64,000 nt of DNA. It comes from Amoebophrya sp. A120 (taxonomy: Eukaryota; Protista; Dinoflagellata). Below, piece by piece: positions 38,493 to 51,300 of the stretch (position 1 is its first letter; every line of letters begins with the position of its first letter). The notes under the pieces are model-generated. The model did not search any database, had not been told where the DNA came from, and saw nothing but the letters and a program-made list of their open reading frames with translations. The translations under genes and the position numbers were made by a program. The stretch spans positions 8,189,117-8,253,116 of the forward strand of contig CAJINV010000003.1 of the NCBI GenBank assembly GCA_905178155.1, read 5' to 3'.

Positions 38493-39749
38493 AAATCGAT
38501 TGAGAATAGAATGTTGCAGCCCGTCTGAATCACATCTAGTTGTCTCTCTGTATAAAACGACCAGCGACCACAAGGAAGCGCAGCGCCCTCGGAGAACTTT
38601 TCTTCTCTGATGTTTTACAAAGAAACCTGACCACGCCTTCCGCACAAAGAACCACGGCGACACAAAAAATCTTTACGCGTCATCGAGGTCGATCCTTCGC
38701 TGAAATCTTACAGATGCCAGAAGTCAGAGAAGGAAGCCTGAAGCGAAGGCCTACCGATCAATTCAGATCTCGCTGTGTAGTTAGCGCTTTTGAGCTTCTG
38801 CGCACGGCCTGTAACACGAGCACGAGGACTAAGACTGTATTTGTACAGGATTGACATACGTACTCTTCATTATCATAGTGTTCCTGTTCGAGCCGAATCG
38901 CTAAATCTAGTAAATGCAATCGGTCGACCTGTATGTAGTGAGAAGAAATGACTACTCGTAAAGATCATCATTCGGCAGCAAAGAGGGATGCGCTGCTTTG
39001 GGTCGTGAGCGAAATGAGCGGGAGGTGTGACCATTCGGATTAGGTATGTGGATGTTTTAGCGTTCTCCATAACTATTACCGCGACTGGCAGCACGGTGCA
39101 GTCTGTACGAGTATGAGTGTCAAGGGGAGAAAACCTCGCAACAGGTAATTCTGAACCTGTAGTTACATACGCATTCAACTTCGATTATAATTTAACCACT
39201 GCTGGCATTGGTCGCGACATGTGCGTGAGGTTAGCTGTCACAGCTTTGGGGGATTGGGCGAAGCCAGACCAGCGAGCACGCGGCAGTTGCGGCCGCGGCA
39301 CCAGCTTGCAGCGACCTTGGGTCGCTACGAGCACGCAGGCCGGCATCTTCGGCCGACTGCGTTGTGCCGTGCGTCGCAGCTGCAGCGCGCTCCCTAATCC
39401 ATGCATCGACGCGGGTGGAGATTGCCTCCCAACGCCCGCTCTCCCAATGCTCCACCGGGCGAGATTCATGCTAGGCCATGGCCATGGCGCGCGGCATGTT
39501 CAGCCAGTGCATGCACTGCAGATCATGCCCGCAAACCAGGGCCATGCTGCCCGTTCTCTACAGCTCTCTATCTTTTCCCAGGGCTGGCTTTCAGATACGC
39601 GCCCATGCGAGTATCTAAGAGCCAGTCGCTGCAGGGAAATACACCCCGAGCTTCGGCTTCGCGCAGTGAGCACGTCCTCAGCGGAGGGGCGCTTGCGCGG
39701 AGCAGAGGCGCGAGGCAGCGACGCACTGGACTCTCCCGGAGCCGGCATC

Positions 39750-41060
39750 GCAAGGGACCACGCAGCACGCTTCCGCTGGGAAACATGCCGCGACGGGGAC
39801 CTACGGAAGCGACTTTGCGCTTTTTCTAAGGTGCTTAGCGTCGCCGGGGACCGCGCGACACGCTTCGGGCGAAGCGTGTTGCGGCGGGGACCACATAGCA
39901 CGCTTCTCTTGAAGCGTGCGTCAGCAGGGGCCACATAGCACGCTTCTCTTGAAGCGTGGCTCGAGGGGGGCCCACGAGGTAGCACCAAGCTCCTAGGGAG
40001 GTGGTGCCTGGGTCACGCAGCAGGCTTCGTGGAAGCGCGGCGCGATGGGGACTGCGGAGCGGACACCAAACCCCGGCAGGGCTGGTGTCGACAGGGACCA
40101 CGCAGCACGCTTCGTACGAAGCGCGCCCCGAGCAGGGGCACTTGCGGGGACGACACCAAGCCGCGGCGGAGCTGGTGTCGACGGGGACCACGTAACGCGC
40201 ATCGCAAAGCGCGTCGGGATGGGGACTCCGACTCACGGAGGGACACGACGCCAAACTTATTGCAAGTTTGCAAGCGTAGACGCGTCGGCGGGGACTACGC
40301 GGCACGCTTCGCTTGAAGCGAGCAGTGATGGGCCTACGGGGCAACAGCAAGGAGGCTCCTCTGTAGCAAGTGGCGTGAGGGCCACGCAGCGTGCCTCGTA
40401 AACGCCCGCCGCGATGGGGACTTACGGAGCCGACACCAACCAAGCCTTGTCAAGTTGGTGCCGGAGGGGACCACACAGCACGCTTCGCAAGAAGCGCGCC
40501 GCGATGGGCGCCTGCGGGGACGACACCAAGAGCTCCCGCGGAGCTGGTGTCGACGGGGACCACAAGCGTCGGCGGAGACCAGATGGCGCGCTTCGCTTGA
40601 AGCGTACCGTGATGGGGACCTACGCGGCAGCACCAAAGAGGCTCCTCGCCTGGAGCTGGCGTGAGGTCCACACAGCGTGCTTCGTAGAAGCACGCCGCGA
40701 TGGGGACCTGCGGAGCCGACACCAACCACGCCCTGCGGAGTTGGTGCCGGAGGGGACCACGCAGAACGCTTTGCAAGCGCGCCGCGATGGGGACCTGCGG
40801 AGGCGACACCAAAGAGCTCGCGCGGAGCTGGTGTCGACGGGGACCACGCAGCACGCTTCGCCTGAAGCGTGCCACGGTGGGGACCCAGCACGAAGCAGCG
40901 CTAAGTGCTTTTGGAGGTGGTGCCACAGGGCCACACAGCGTGCTTCGACGAAGCGCGCAGTGTGTGGACCTGTGGAGCCAGCCGACACCAATCCCCGGCG
41001 CAGTTGGTGGTGGGAGTCGGTGGTAACGGGGACCGGCGCAGCGCGCTTCTTTCGAAGCGT
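39750..41060. repeat. GC-rich degenerate tandem array, ~88-90-bp units
   Basis: Recurrent GGAGCTGGTGTCGACGGGGACCACGCAGCACGCTTCG...AAGCGCGCCGCGATGGGGAC...GACACCAA. Confidence 0.8.
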
Positions 41061-41310
41061 GCCGCCGCGGAGACGCGAGCACACGGCGCCAGGCCTCTGT
41101 CCGAGGCACTGGCGCTGTGCGGCAGGGCGCGCCCATACTGCCATTTCGTGCAGATCTGCGCACAGCAGCAGCACTACCTTGGCGCGCGTGTCCCGCGTCC
41201 CCACTTGCTGCTCGCGCAAGTGGGACTTGGGTTGTTGAGCGCGGCTTGCGGCCACGCCCCAATTGGGGCGGGGGGCCGCGTGGCGGAGTGCGGTAACGCG
41301 CGTCATCATT

Positions 41311-41855
41311 GGAGTGCACCTGCTTGCCAGCACATCCAACAAAGACGTCCCGGGCGTGCAGCTCGGCTTTCGCCGCAGCACAGCCCGGGAAAGCGTTTCC
41401 GCAACCTCTCTCGCGCGCCTTCACTGGAGTGCACCTGCGTGCCAGCACCTCCAGATCCGACCTTCCGGGCGTGCACCTCGGCTTTCGCCGCAGCACCACC
41501 CAGAAGTGCATGGCAGAGTATGGCCGGCGCGTCTTCACTGGAGTGCACCTGCGTGCCAGCACCTCCAGCGTAGACCCCCAAGGCGTGCACCTCAGCTCTC
41601 GCTGCAGCACCACCCTGGAGTGCGTCGCATACTGCCGCCTCGCGCGCCTTCACTGGAGTGCACCTGCTTGCCAGCACCTCCAGATCCGGCCTCCCGGGCG
41701 TGCACCTCGGCTTTCGCCGCAGCACCACCCGGGAGTGCGTGGCAGAGTGCGATCGGCGCGTCTTCGCTGGAGTGCACCTGCGTGCCAGCACCTCCAGCTT
41801 AGACCTCTAGGGCGTGCACCTCAGCTTTCGCCGCAGCACCACCCCGGAGTGCGTC
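41311..41855. repeat. Tandem array of five 114/115-bp units
   Basis: GGAGTGCACCTGC starts at 41311, 41426, 41540, 41655 and 41769 (spacing 115, 114, 115, 114). Confidence 0.9.
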
Positions 41856-42550
41856 CCGCACATCTGCCATGGCTACTCTCTCTTTTCTTTTTGGTGATAA
41901 ACGGCGCAGGGCCGCCGCGGGTGTGTACTTATTCCAAAGCCAGACCGTGCAACACCACACGCAGAGGGGAAACGACAACACGCGCCCGGCGCGCGCCGTT
42001 GCCCCTACAGCGGTGTCGCCCCCGTTAGCTGGCAGCGCTTAACCTCATTTCGCTATTGATAGATATGTTTGACGCGAAATACCAAATAAATATCATCTTG
42101 TTGCTGGTTTTTCTGTGAGTCCTTCTTTGGGTTCACTTTCAGCCCGAGCCGGACTTACGGCTCGTCGAGTTTTGTAGGAAAGAGAAGAACCTCCTTCCAG
42201 CGCAAGTTGAATTTTTCTGTCCGCTGGGTCTATGATCACTATGTATAACTATCGCATTAATATTGTGTCACATAGAATTAGAAAGTGCTCTGCTGGTGCT
42301 GCATTTGCATGTGTAAAACCGCTTTAGTACCCCGTGTAGTTTCAGTTTGATTCGAATTAAAATGCTGCGCCTACGCCACATCACCCACAGACAATAGGGT
42401 AGGAGCGATTATATGTCAAAGACGTTGAACGTTTATCGAGCAAACAAAGCTACAAGGAATAGAAAAATGACGCTACTAAAGAAGTTACCAACGACGCATG
42501 TTGGCAAGTCCAGTCAGCGATTATAGCGACGTGCTAGAGAAGCAGCGACA

Positions 42551-45533
42551 ATGATGCTCCCTCTTGTTTCCAGAGACCAGGATGCGAAGCGCGGTGCTAC
42601 TGAGGACGCAACCTTCGCGGTAGGAATGGCGACTTCAAATTACGCGAAGAACACGTCATCAATCCGGGAGTTTAATATTGCCGAGGATGCGCCGACCTCC
42701 CCGAAGGAGTCTCACAGTCGGTACGTGTCAAGAGCAACGAAGTTCGAGGGGCCTGCCCACGCAGTGTTGAGCACAAGTTCTGAAAATGCCTCTTCCTCCG
42801 AATCTTGTCGTACAAGATGCAGGAGTCGCAGAGCGAAGCTGCGCGGGTCGGCAAGATTTGTGCTCGCGTACCTCGCGCTCCAGACCTTCACAATCGGGGC
42901 TCCTCTCTACGGATTTTTGTCTGCGATCGGGAAGCTTGATCTGCCCCCGCGGGCCGAGAACGCCGACGTGCCCACGTACGCGGCGACCGTGTTTCTCACC
43001 ATGCTGCGGACGTCGCAGCTCGCCGCGTTTCCGGTCTCCTACCTGATTGACCTCGTGGGTGCGCGATTGGGAACCATGTTCGCATCCACCTTGTTTGTAT
43101 TAGGTGCGGTCTTCCTCGGGATTGCGGTTCGACTCGCGGTATCAACTGCAAAAATGTCTGGGTCTGGAAACTTGTGATGCTGGTTGGCGAATCAAGAGAA
43201 CGCCAGAAATGACGGCTCAGCATGACAGGTTTTTGAGTCGCTAGGTGTTGCCTATTCTGCATGAAAAACTGGGTTTTGGCATGACACAAAAGTGGTGCTT
43301 TTGGGCACCTTGCATGACAGACTTGATAGTCATGCTAGCAGAGCATGCCAAACCTGGCATTTTTCCAGACCCAGACATTTTTGCAATCCATACGCGGCCT
43401 CGGAGTGGCAAGCGGACCCGGACCCCGGCCAGCGACCCTTCTTCCTGCTGGGGTCCGCGTGCTTTGGGCTGTCCGCCTGCTTCCAGATTGTCAGCGTGAT
43501 GATGACGCTGCGGACCGTATTCAAGCACGTCATGTCCGAGTTTTCCATCACGCTGTTGAATGGGTGCTACGACAGTTCCGCAATAATGTTCACCATTGTT
43601 GGCGTCTGCAGCACCGCGGCGGGGCGGACCGGGTTTTTCGCCATTCTTGCCGACACCGGTGTTGACCACGCGGCCGACAGCACAAGTGGGAATAAAACTT
43701 CTGATGACCACGGGGGAGCTCCTGCAGGTGTCGCCGAGCAACACCATCAACCTCCGCTGGGAGCAGTCATCAGCGCTACAACGCGTGGTCCGGAGCGACA
43801 CCTTGTTTTGTCTGGTGATGAGCAGGGCTTTTACGCAGCGGAGTCTTTCGGTGTTGGACTCTGGGTCTATGCTTTGTTCGGCGTTGCGCACCTTCTCTTT
43901 ACAGCGTGGCTCTATCCGTCAGAAATGAGTAGCACGCAACAAGGCGGTAGTTTGAAAACACGACTACACGCGGCTGGTGATCATGCAATGGACCTGGCGA
44001 CGCCACTGCTTGTGGAGGACAGTACTATGTCAGGTTCATATGAACGACAATTGCCATTGCGACGCGCACCACGCGAGGAAGAGCGTGACGAGGTGAACGT
44101 GAAAATGGTGGGCCACGACGGAGAACCAGGACAAGAACAACGTCGGCCTGTCATGATTGCCGCCTCAGGTGGTTCCCTTATTTCCGCGGAATCGAGACGA
44201 AGCTCCAGCTCGAGCTCTGCAAGTACGCGGACGGGCCACGGTGAATTCGTGGACAACATGTCGGGGTCCCTCTCTGGATGCTCGGCTCGAACAAACAGTG
44301 ACGAGCCTGGTAGTTGCTGCAGCTCCACGTTCTCCACGCCCGGACCTGCGCGTGCGATCAGTAAGATTGCGCCGGACAAGGTGGCAGCAGCCTCCACGTT
44401 TGGACACGATTTCATGAACATGGCACAAGACGACGAGGACAACGACATGATAATTAGCAAGAACGAAGGCGTGTCTACTTCACTGTCCGCGCCGCAGCCA
44501 GACCCAGAGGACCCTTCTCTGTTGTTGACTACGAGAACAATAAATGCGGTCGTGCGGCAAAAGGAACAACTACCCGAGGAGGAGCAGGACTACCTACCGC
44601 TTGAGAGCGGGCACCCCATGCGCAGTTGGGTGTCGTTACCCGGTAAGAAGGACGTATCGCGGAGCTTCGTCGAAGTCATGGTAGACCGCGACTACGTGCT
44701 ATCGATTCTGTGGTTTGCCGTGCAGTTTCAAAACTTCACGAACTACCTGACCCAAATGCCGGACATCTTGAGCCCGCCAGTACTAAATCTGAGCGGTTGG
44801 TTCTACCCGTGTTCGGTGTTTACTGCGTTCTTGCTCGGCACGCTGTTCAACTACCTGCACAACCCGAGTTATGTGGTCTGCATCACCACCTGTCTTGGAG
44901 TACTTTTTCAACTGCTAGTTTACACCCTGTGCTGCAGCGCGACGACCTCGAGATCAACGCCGCCCGCCATCGCAGAAGCGGCAACAAGAACCTCTGCACC
45001 TACATCTGCTTCCGAAGCCTCGCTGCGCGAAACTCCTGACGATTCTCCAAATTATGGGGTTGCTCCTGGAACTGCTGATCTCCACGGTTTTTCCGTGCTG
45101 CTGCTACTGCCATTCTTCCGATCGGGGTTGTTTACCACCATGTGGATTTTTTGGCCCAGTTTGTGGAAGGACAGCACGCACATCGGCGCCATGTACGGCT
45201 TTGCCTCGCTGTTTGCGTTTGCGTTTTCCAGCTTCTTGATTGCTTTCGTGCTCATGTCGCGTCACACCATCGCGGAAGACGGTACCAAAACGTACTCACC
45301 AGAAAAGGCTGCCAGTATGAACTGGCAGTGGTTTATGAAAACGAAATCTCGCGTCACAGTCACATCCGCGACGTTTTGTAAGGCGTTTTGCCTTATAAAA
45401 CGTCTCCGATGTGACTGTGACGCAAGATTTCGCTTTCATATGGTTTCGCATCTACGCCTCTGTGTCCATCTTCTACTCGATCTACGCAGTGGTCACGCAT
45501 CGCTACCGCGAACAGGCACGCAAACGGTCGTAG
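42551..45533 (+). CDS. MFS transporter, SLC43 (LAT3/4)/FMP42/ApiAT-like
   Basis: Multiple TM helices; YLIDLVGAR loop; ITLLNGCYDSSAIMF resembles the SLC43 motif. Removing the introners at 43140 and 45334 restores frame and a final helix WFRIYASVSIFYSIYAVV. Confidence 0.82.
43140..43392. mobile_element. TIR introner with family-A TIRs (253 bp), TSD CGCGG
   Basis: TATCAACTGCAAAAATGTCTGGGTCTGGAAA...TTTCCAGACCCAGACATTTTTGCAATCCATA; CGCGG on both sides. Confidence 0.93.
45334..45440. mobile_element. Minimal hairpin introner (107 bp), TSD TGGTT
   Basis: TATGAAAACGAAATCTCGCGTCACAGTCACATC...GATGTGACTGTGACGCAAGATTTCGCTTTCATA; the interior is also self-complementary. Confidence 0.92.
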
Positions 45534-48377
45534 TGGCGAGACACGTAATGAACAACACAGAAGAAACGATCTGACTGTTGGCGCTGTATTGCCTTCCCCG
45601 AACCCCGATTACAGTGGGGGGAGGAGTTGGCAGGCAGTGTCATGGCGGGCGTCCGTTCCACCGCAGACGTGAATGTGAGGGACCGCGTAAAAGAGGAATT
45701 ACGCATTTGAATCAGGACCTGGGGGTTGTTTCTCCAACTGCACAGTGCAACCCAGCGAGTTCAAATCAGCGGGCGCATGCTAAACGAAAGCAAGAGGAAG
45801 AACGAAGTACTGAGGACGACAAGAACAGCAGCAGCCAGAGCCATCCTTCTATGTCGTTTTTGGAACTTTTATAGCCCTTTGGTCAGTAATTTGTATAAAA
45901 AAAAAAAAAAAGAAATTTATTAAACGCGTATATTGGAATTGTAAAGTTGTAAAAGTTTCTCTATCTAATTTATTACTGAGTCTGAGGGTGAGGCTACACC
46001 TACAACTATACTGTAAGGGCACACCAGGGTAAGTATGACTTCGAAAAACAACAGAGTTGGAAACTAACGAAACAGCCTCAGTCGATACTGTCATTGCATG
46101 ACGCCTCTGACGGGATCAGTCGTGCAGTTGCTGCTGTTGTTTCCATGCAACATATTTGTTTTTACTTTCAATGAAAAAATTCAAAGGAATATATAAAGAG
46201 AGAGTGTCAGAGAAGCCACAACCACAAATAAGTGCTCGTAAAAATTTTAATTCTCCGCAAACACGAATGCCTCGATCCTCGGGTTGACAAGAGGTATTTG
46301 CGTAGAAAGTACTGTTTGAGAGCTTTTTGCGTGCGTTGCAGTGCGCATAACTTCGACATCTTTGACGTTTTGGTTTTGCCAGACTAGTAATTTGCAATGC
46401 TGGCATGTTCGCATCACTAATGCTCGTTTTCCTACGCCCTTTATTCCCTCTACTTATGGCCACAATTTCAATCACAAAGCAACATCGACTTGAAGCTGAA
46501 TAACTGCCATTCCTGTTTATCTTTATCTACAGAACTCCGTCGCCCTATCATAGACAATTCCTGTATGTCAATGAAAAAATCGCATAAGTTGACAAAAACT
46601 TTACCCAATCCTCAACCGCGTACCCAAAACCTGCTGACCTCAAAAATGTTTGTGAAAGTCCCAATTTTATTGCCGTAGGCGTTTTCTCGACGTAACACTC
46701 TTCTTCCGACGTCTGTTTAGAACTTATTACGCCAGCGAACTTCTGTTTTCTTTCATTTTGAACTATCGTTTATTTCGCTCTCCTACTAGTAGTCCTCGGA
46801 CTAATAGATGACAATGAATTACCCGAACCGAACTTCAATTTTACCTATTAGCCCCCACCCACCTCAGATGAAACGCAACTGCCCATGCAATCCCATCTGC
46901 TCCTGATGAAAAATACAATTTGGTGTACTTTACTACTATTTCATCTATACTGCCTTGTTTAATTTCAAATGTGAGCTCGTACACTACCCAGCAACGCGAA
47001 GAACGCTTAATTTTGTACTGAATGTTCCACGCTGCAAGCAAGCAATATACAGCAAAAGCGGAAGCGCCGCTGCAATGTTTCAGGGCAGGTTTCCCGTCTT
47101 CTACTTTCTTATTTTCCGCTTTCGACTCGTTACTGATACAGGAGGTGCGAGTACAGGGCAAAACTTATCAAATTAAGTGATTTCATCTTCACGTGGTGAT
47201 TATGATACCGCCCGAGGATAATTCGGATCTTGAAATCGCTTGAGGATGTGTTCAACGAGTTCTAGCTAATGAGACTCTGCTGGAAAACGAGCTTGCTTCG
47301 ATCGAGAATTTACTTTGCACCACTCCGGCCCCGGCGTAGACCACAACGCGCATTAGCCAATATGAAGGCGAAAGAACTATCAGCGCAGCCGCAGGCAGAC
47401 AGTCGACAGTGCAGAAAAGTCGGTCGTGACTAGGTGGTTCGGAAAAGCTTGATCAGGAACTGTAACTAAGTAACTGTATGACTACTTGCCCAAAGCCAAA
47501 CGGCAATGCAGTCGAAGTTAAAGTTCCATGGATGGTATCTATTGGCCTCATCATTGGATCTGGCTACCATGCAGAAGAGACGGTGTAGAGTTTTATTGTC
47601 AAGCCGTGTGGACAGTCGCATTCCGATCTACCTATGGATCTTCCAGAGCTGCACCAGAAGGAAGTAACTTATAGATAGACCATGCAATGCGAATTCGAAT
47701 CTGATGAAACAACAGATGGATAATCCACCTTGACTGCAGGACCTGAAGACTTGCTCTCCGTTTTGAATTCTCTACTCACAATTTTATATTTATTGACAAA
47801 CCATTAGTTGTCACACATGATGAACATGTACTTTCTACTAGTAGACAATTCCAATGGTATTTTAGATGTAGGATCGATGTTAATGGTTTTTTGGGTTTTG
47901 ATACGACATTCACATTCATAGGAAAGTTCTCTACCTCGCTTACCCTGAGCATTCGTACTAATTTTATTTATTTGTATTCTCGCAAAACTCAATGGCGTTA
48001 CTACCAATGAGGTTGAGCACGAACACTCATCAGAGCGGTTACTTTTTCGTATTTATTCCGGAGCAAGGTGGCTGCAGGCTGGAAGATCTAGCAGCCGTCA
48101 TTGCAGAAAAACCCGCCCCCAGGCGCCGCTAGTCGTAACGCAAGAAAATTGTCCAGCTCTAACCTCCCAAATTGAGCTTGTTTTTGATTTCTCTTGGTTT
48201 TTCATGCAATCTCTCGAAAACGATCTGACCTCTATATTTTTTTCTACTCCCGCACACACTGGAAACTAAACAATCGCCGATTGAAAGACACCTACGGCCT
48301 CTACGTCGTGCCATAATCGGATTAATAATTTATTGTTTATTCATTATTTGTGGTCCGCCGCCGTCCGCAGCGTGACC

Positions 48378-51300
48378 ATGGATTCTCCATTGGGGCCGTT
48401 TCCTGGGGTGAGCGCTACCGGCACTGCTCCTCACGAGCAACAGCGACATGTTGACATCAATACCCTCGATATGCTGCACCCATCTCAATTATCTGCTGCG
48501 CGACCACCTGCAGACACGAGTAGTCTTAGTTTTGGTAGAAATTATATCACTACCTCCTACGCGGGCGGCCCCACGTCGAGCACGATTGCTACTGGCGTCA
48601 CGTCCCCGTATGCAAATGCAATCCCGCAGCAGCACACCGGCGGAGTCGCCCTAGCGGGAGATAGTACACTCACACCGTGTGCGGCACGAGACCCGGCGAC
48701 TTTTTCTACCCCGACGACAACCACGGTGGCGCAACAGAAAATCAACCTCCTGTCCTCCGCGTCAAACTTTAATCTTGCCCGGAGTCCCACCCCTTGCTCA
48801 GCCTCGTCTGCGGCCATGAAGTTCTGGGTCAATAACCCTTCTAGGGCGTCTACAGCCAACACCCGTTCGTGTAAAGGATCGAGTTCGACGGGCTGCACGA
48901 CGAGCGCGGCAACGAGCGTGATGACCTCTTCTACGACTTCTGTATCCACTGGCCTTCCCGCAGCAAGTTCCCAATCAGTACCGGAAGCCCCACCGGCTCG
49001 TAACTACCAACAGCACAACTCGCTCGTTGTGCCGGCGCCGCCGATTCCGACACCACCCGGCGTACAACAACTGGGGCGTCCATTAGCACAGGGATTGGCT
49101 ATAGCGGAGAAGTTTGCGACCTTGGAGGACTTCTATCCGAGTGCACAACTCCTCCTCCTTTGAATGGCATGAACAGCCTCATATATCATGCATATGACAT
49201 TGACTCATACTCTATCTTTCTTTTTCACGCGGCCGCCCGGACGTCCTGGTGCCGGTAGATTTCCGAAAAAAAGTATGCAAAAGGTACATCGCCGAATGAT
49301 AATGAAAAGGGGACGAGAGCAGCTGAGTTTGACTTTCTGATGCATGAGGAAATTTTAGGGGGAGGAGGACTTGTGCACTTGCACAACTTTTTGGCGCATA
49401 TGTGGAGCGACCTGGATGTACAAAAACGAGGAACCTGGATGAGCTTCGAGGACCCCCAGCTAGTCAACTCCTTTTTGCTCGCTGCCTACACGCGCGGCAT
49501 TGCAGATGAGCCTTTTCCTCACACACCAGTATTAAGCCCATTATTGGAGCAAGATATAATTACAGATAGTTGTTCTACTAAGACCGCTGGCGCTAATAAC
49601 GCGCAAGTAGAAAGCACGACAGACGGCAGAGCTGCATCTGCGTCGGGGCCAAGCCAGCAATCGACCCTTGGTACAATCTTCGACGGCACGGAAGCACATG
49701 ATGTGTCCGCCACCTCCGCGTCCGGAAATCTTCAACAGGGGCGCAGAGCTGGAGGCCGGGGTGGTTCAGGTGCACCGAAGTGCCCGCTGCTGGAGAATAT
49801 GGTCGTGCATCTGTACACCGTGCCAGATCCTCATGATGGGAGTGCAACGATTCAACGTGGTGATGCGGTTGCACTTGCACCCCCATCTTCTCTCGACGCA
49901 GCTGCTCCATTTACAACGCCTCTGACGGCGTTTGTGACGCAGTTGACCCGAGAGCGCGGGACGAGCACATCGCTGAGAACCGCGGCGGGCGGCGCAAATT
50001 TTAATTCCGCAGCGGGGCAGCAGGTTGACATCGAGGATACGGCGGAGTTCGTTTCGCGGATGAGCAGCAGGGTTGCGAAACTGTCATGGTCCTGCGAATT
50101 TTTGGGCTCGAACTTCGAGGAAGCAGTGTCGCACGGGCTCCCCGACGTACTGCAGTCGACGAATCGCCGGAAGCTGCAATGGAACCACTGGCACAGCGTC
50201 TTCTCCGCACAGAAGCCGCTGTATTCGTGGCACCGGCTCGAGCGGGCGGTGTGCAAATTGATCGAGCAGTCGTGGATGCATGGGTGCTTCGCCATCGACG
50301 GCCGCTTCAACTACGGGACGAGTTTCCGCCGCTCGTACCCGAAACGCCGTCCCGGGCGCCGGGCAAAAAAAGATCGAGTTCAACAGACGAGACAGTTGCA
50401 GCAAGATAGCAATATTCCGGAGTCGCATCGCTCGAGCGCTTTGCATTCAAACCTAAACAGCCATGAACAGCATGCTCCGTCGCCGGGGTTCTCGCCGTAC
50501 CAACAGAGCAGATCCGACCAATCGCAGCGCTACGACTCGCTGCCAGAGTCAAACGCAAGTACTATTAGACACTACCCCCAAACGCCCGAAGACAATAATA
50601 TTCCGGACCGCGCAAGCAGTTTTTATTTGTCAACCAGTACTTCTGCAACGACCGGTGCAGGAGGTGCTCAGGCTCACAATAATCTGGGCCGATTTGTTGA
50701 TCCTCTCTATTTCGAGGGCAATGCTAGTACAACAGCAACGTCGCTGCCTGCGACGTCAAATGTAAGTAGCAGTTTCTATTCCTCTCCACCGCCTGTCGTG
50801 CAACACGGTCCGCCCGTCCCGACACCGCCTTACTTTGCCGCTCGCAGTCGCCCGCTGGCGGGCGGGACATATAATCTGGAACAGCATGCTCAGCTGCAAC
50901 ACTTGCCACAAAGCGTCCCTTCGAGCAGACTGAGTCAACAGCACACCGGTTTTCCTTATCAGAATCAAGAGCTGCTGAACCTGCAAATGCAACTGCAACC
51001 GGGAACAAGATTTCCCTCTCAACAACCACATCCTCAGCACTTTAACACTGCGGCAGCGCCCCAGCACTCTGGAATTGTTCAGGCCCCCCTTGTGCATCAC
51101 AACTACTACCAGCAAACGAACCTCTCCAACATGGTTCAAAAAGACAATAACTCACAGCAGTGGGTGGTCGGTGCCGCGAGCAGTTTTGATACAACCGTTC
51201 CCAGCATGATGTGCAAAAACTACACTGACGTTAAGGAACAAGCGCGCCCTACGATTTGTGCACAAGGCGTAGACTTTCCACAAGCTTCCCCTTGTGTTAA

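Noticed and set aside
39750-41855. Possible CRISPR array or real proteins in the many overlapping ORFs
   Set aside because: Eukaryotic context, no unique spacers, no cas genes; the ORFs are by-products of GC-rich repeats.
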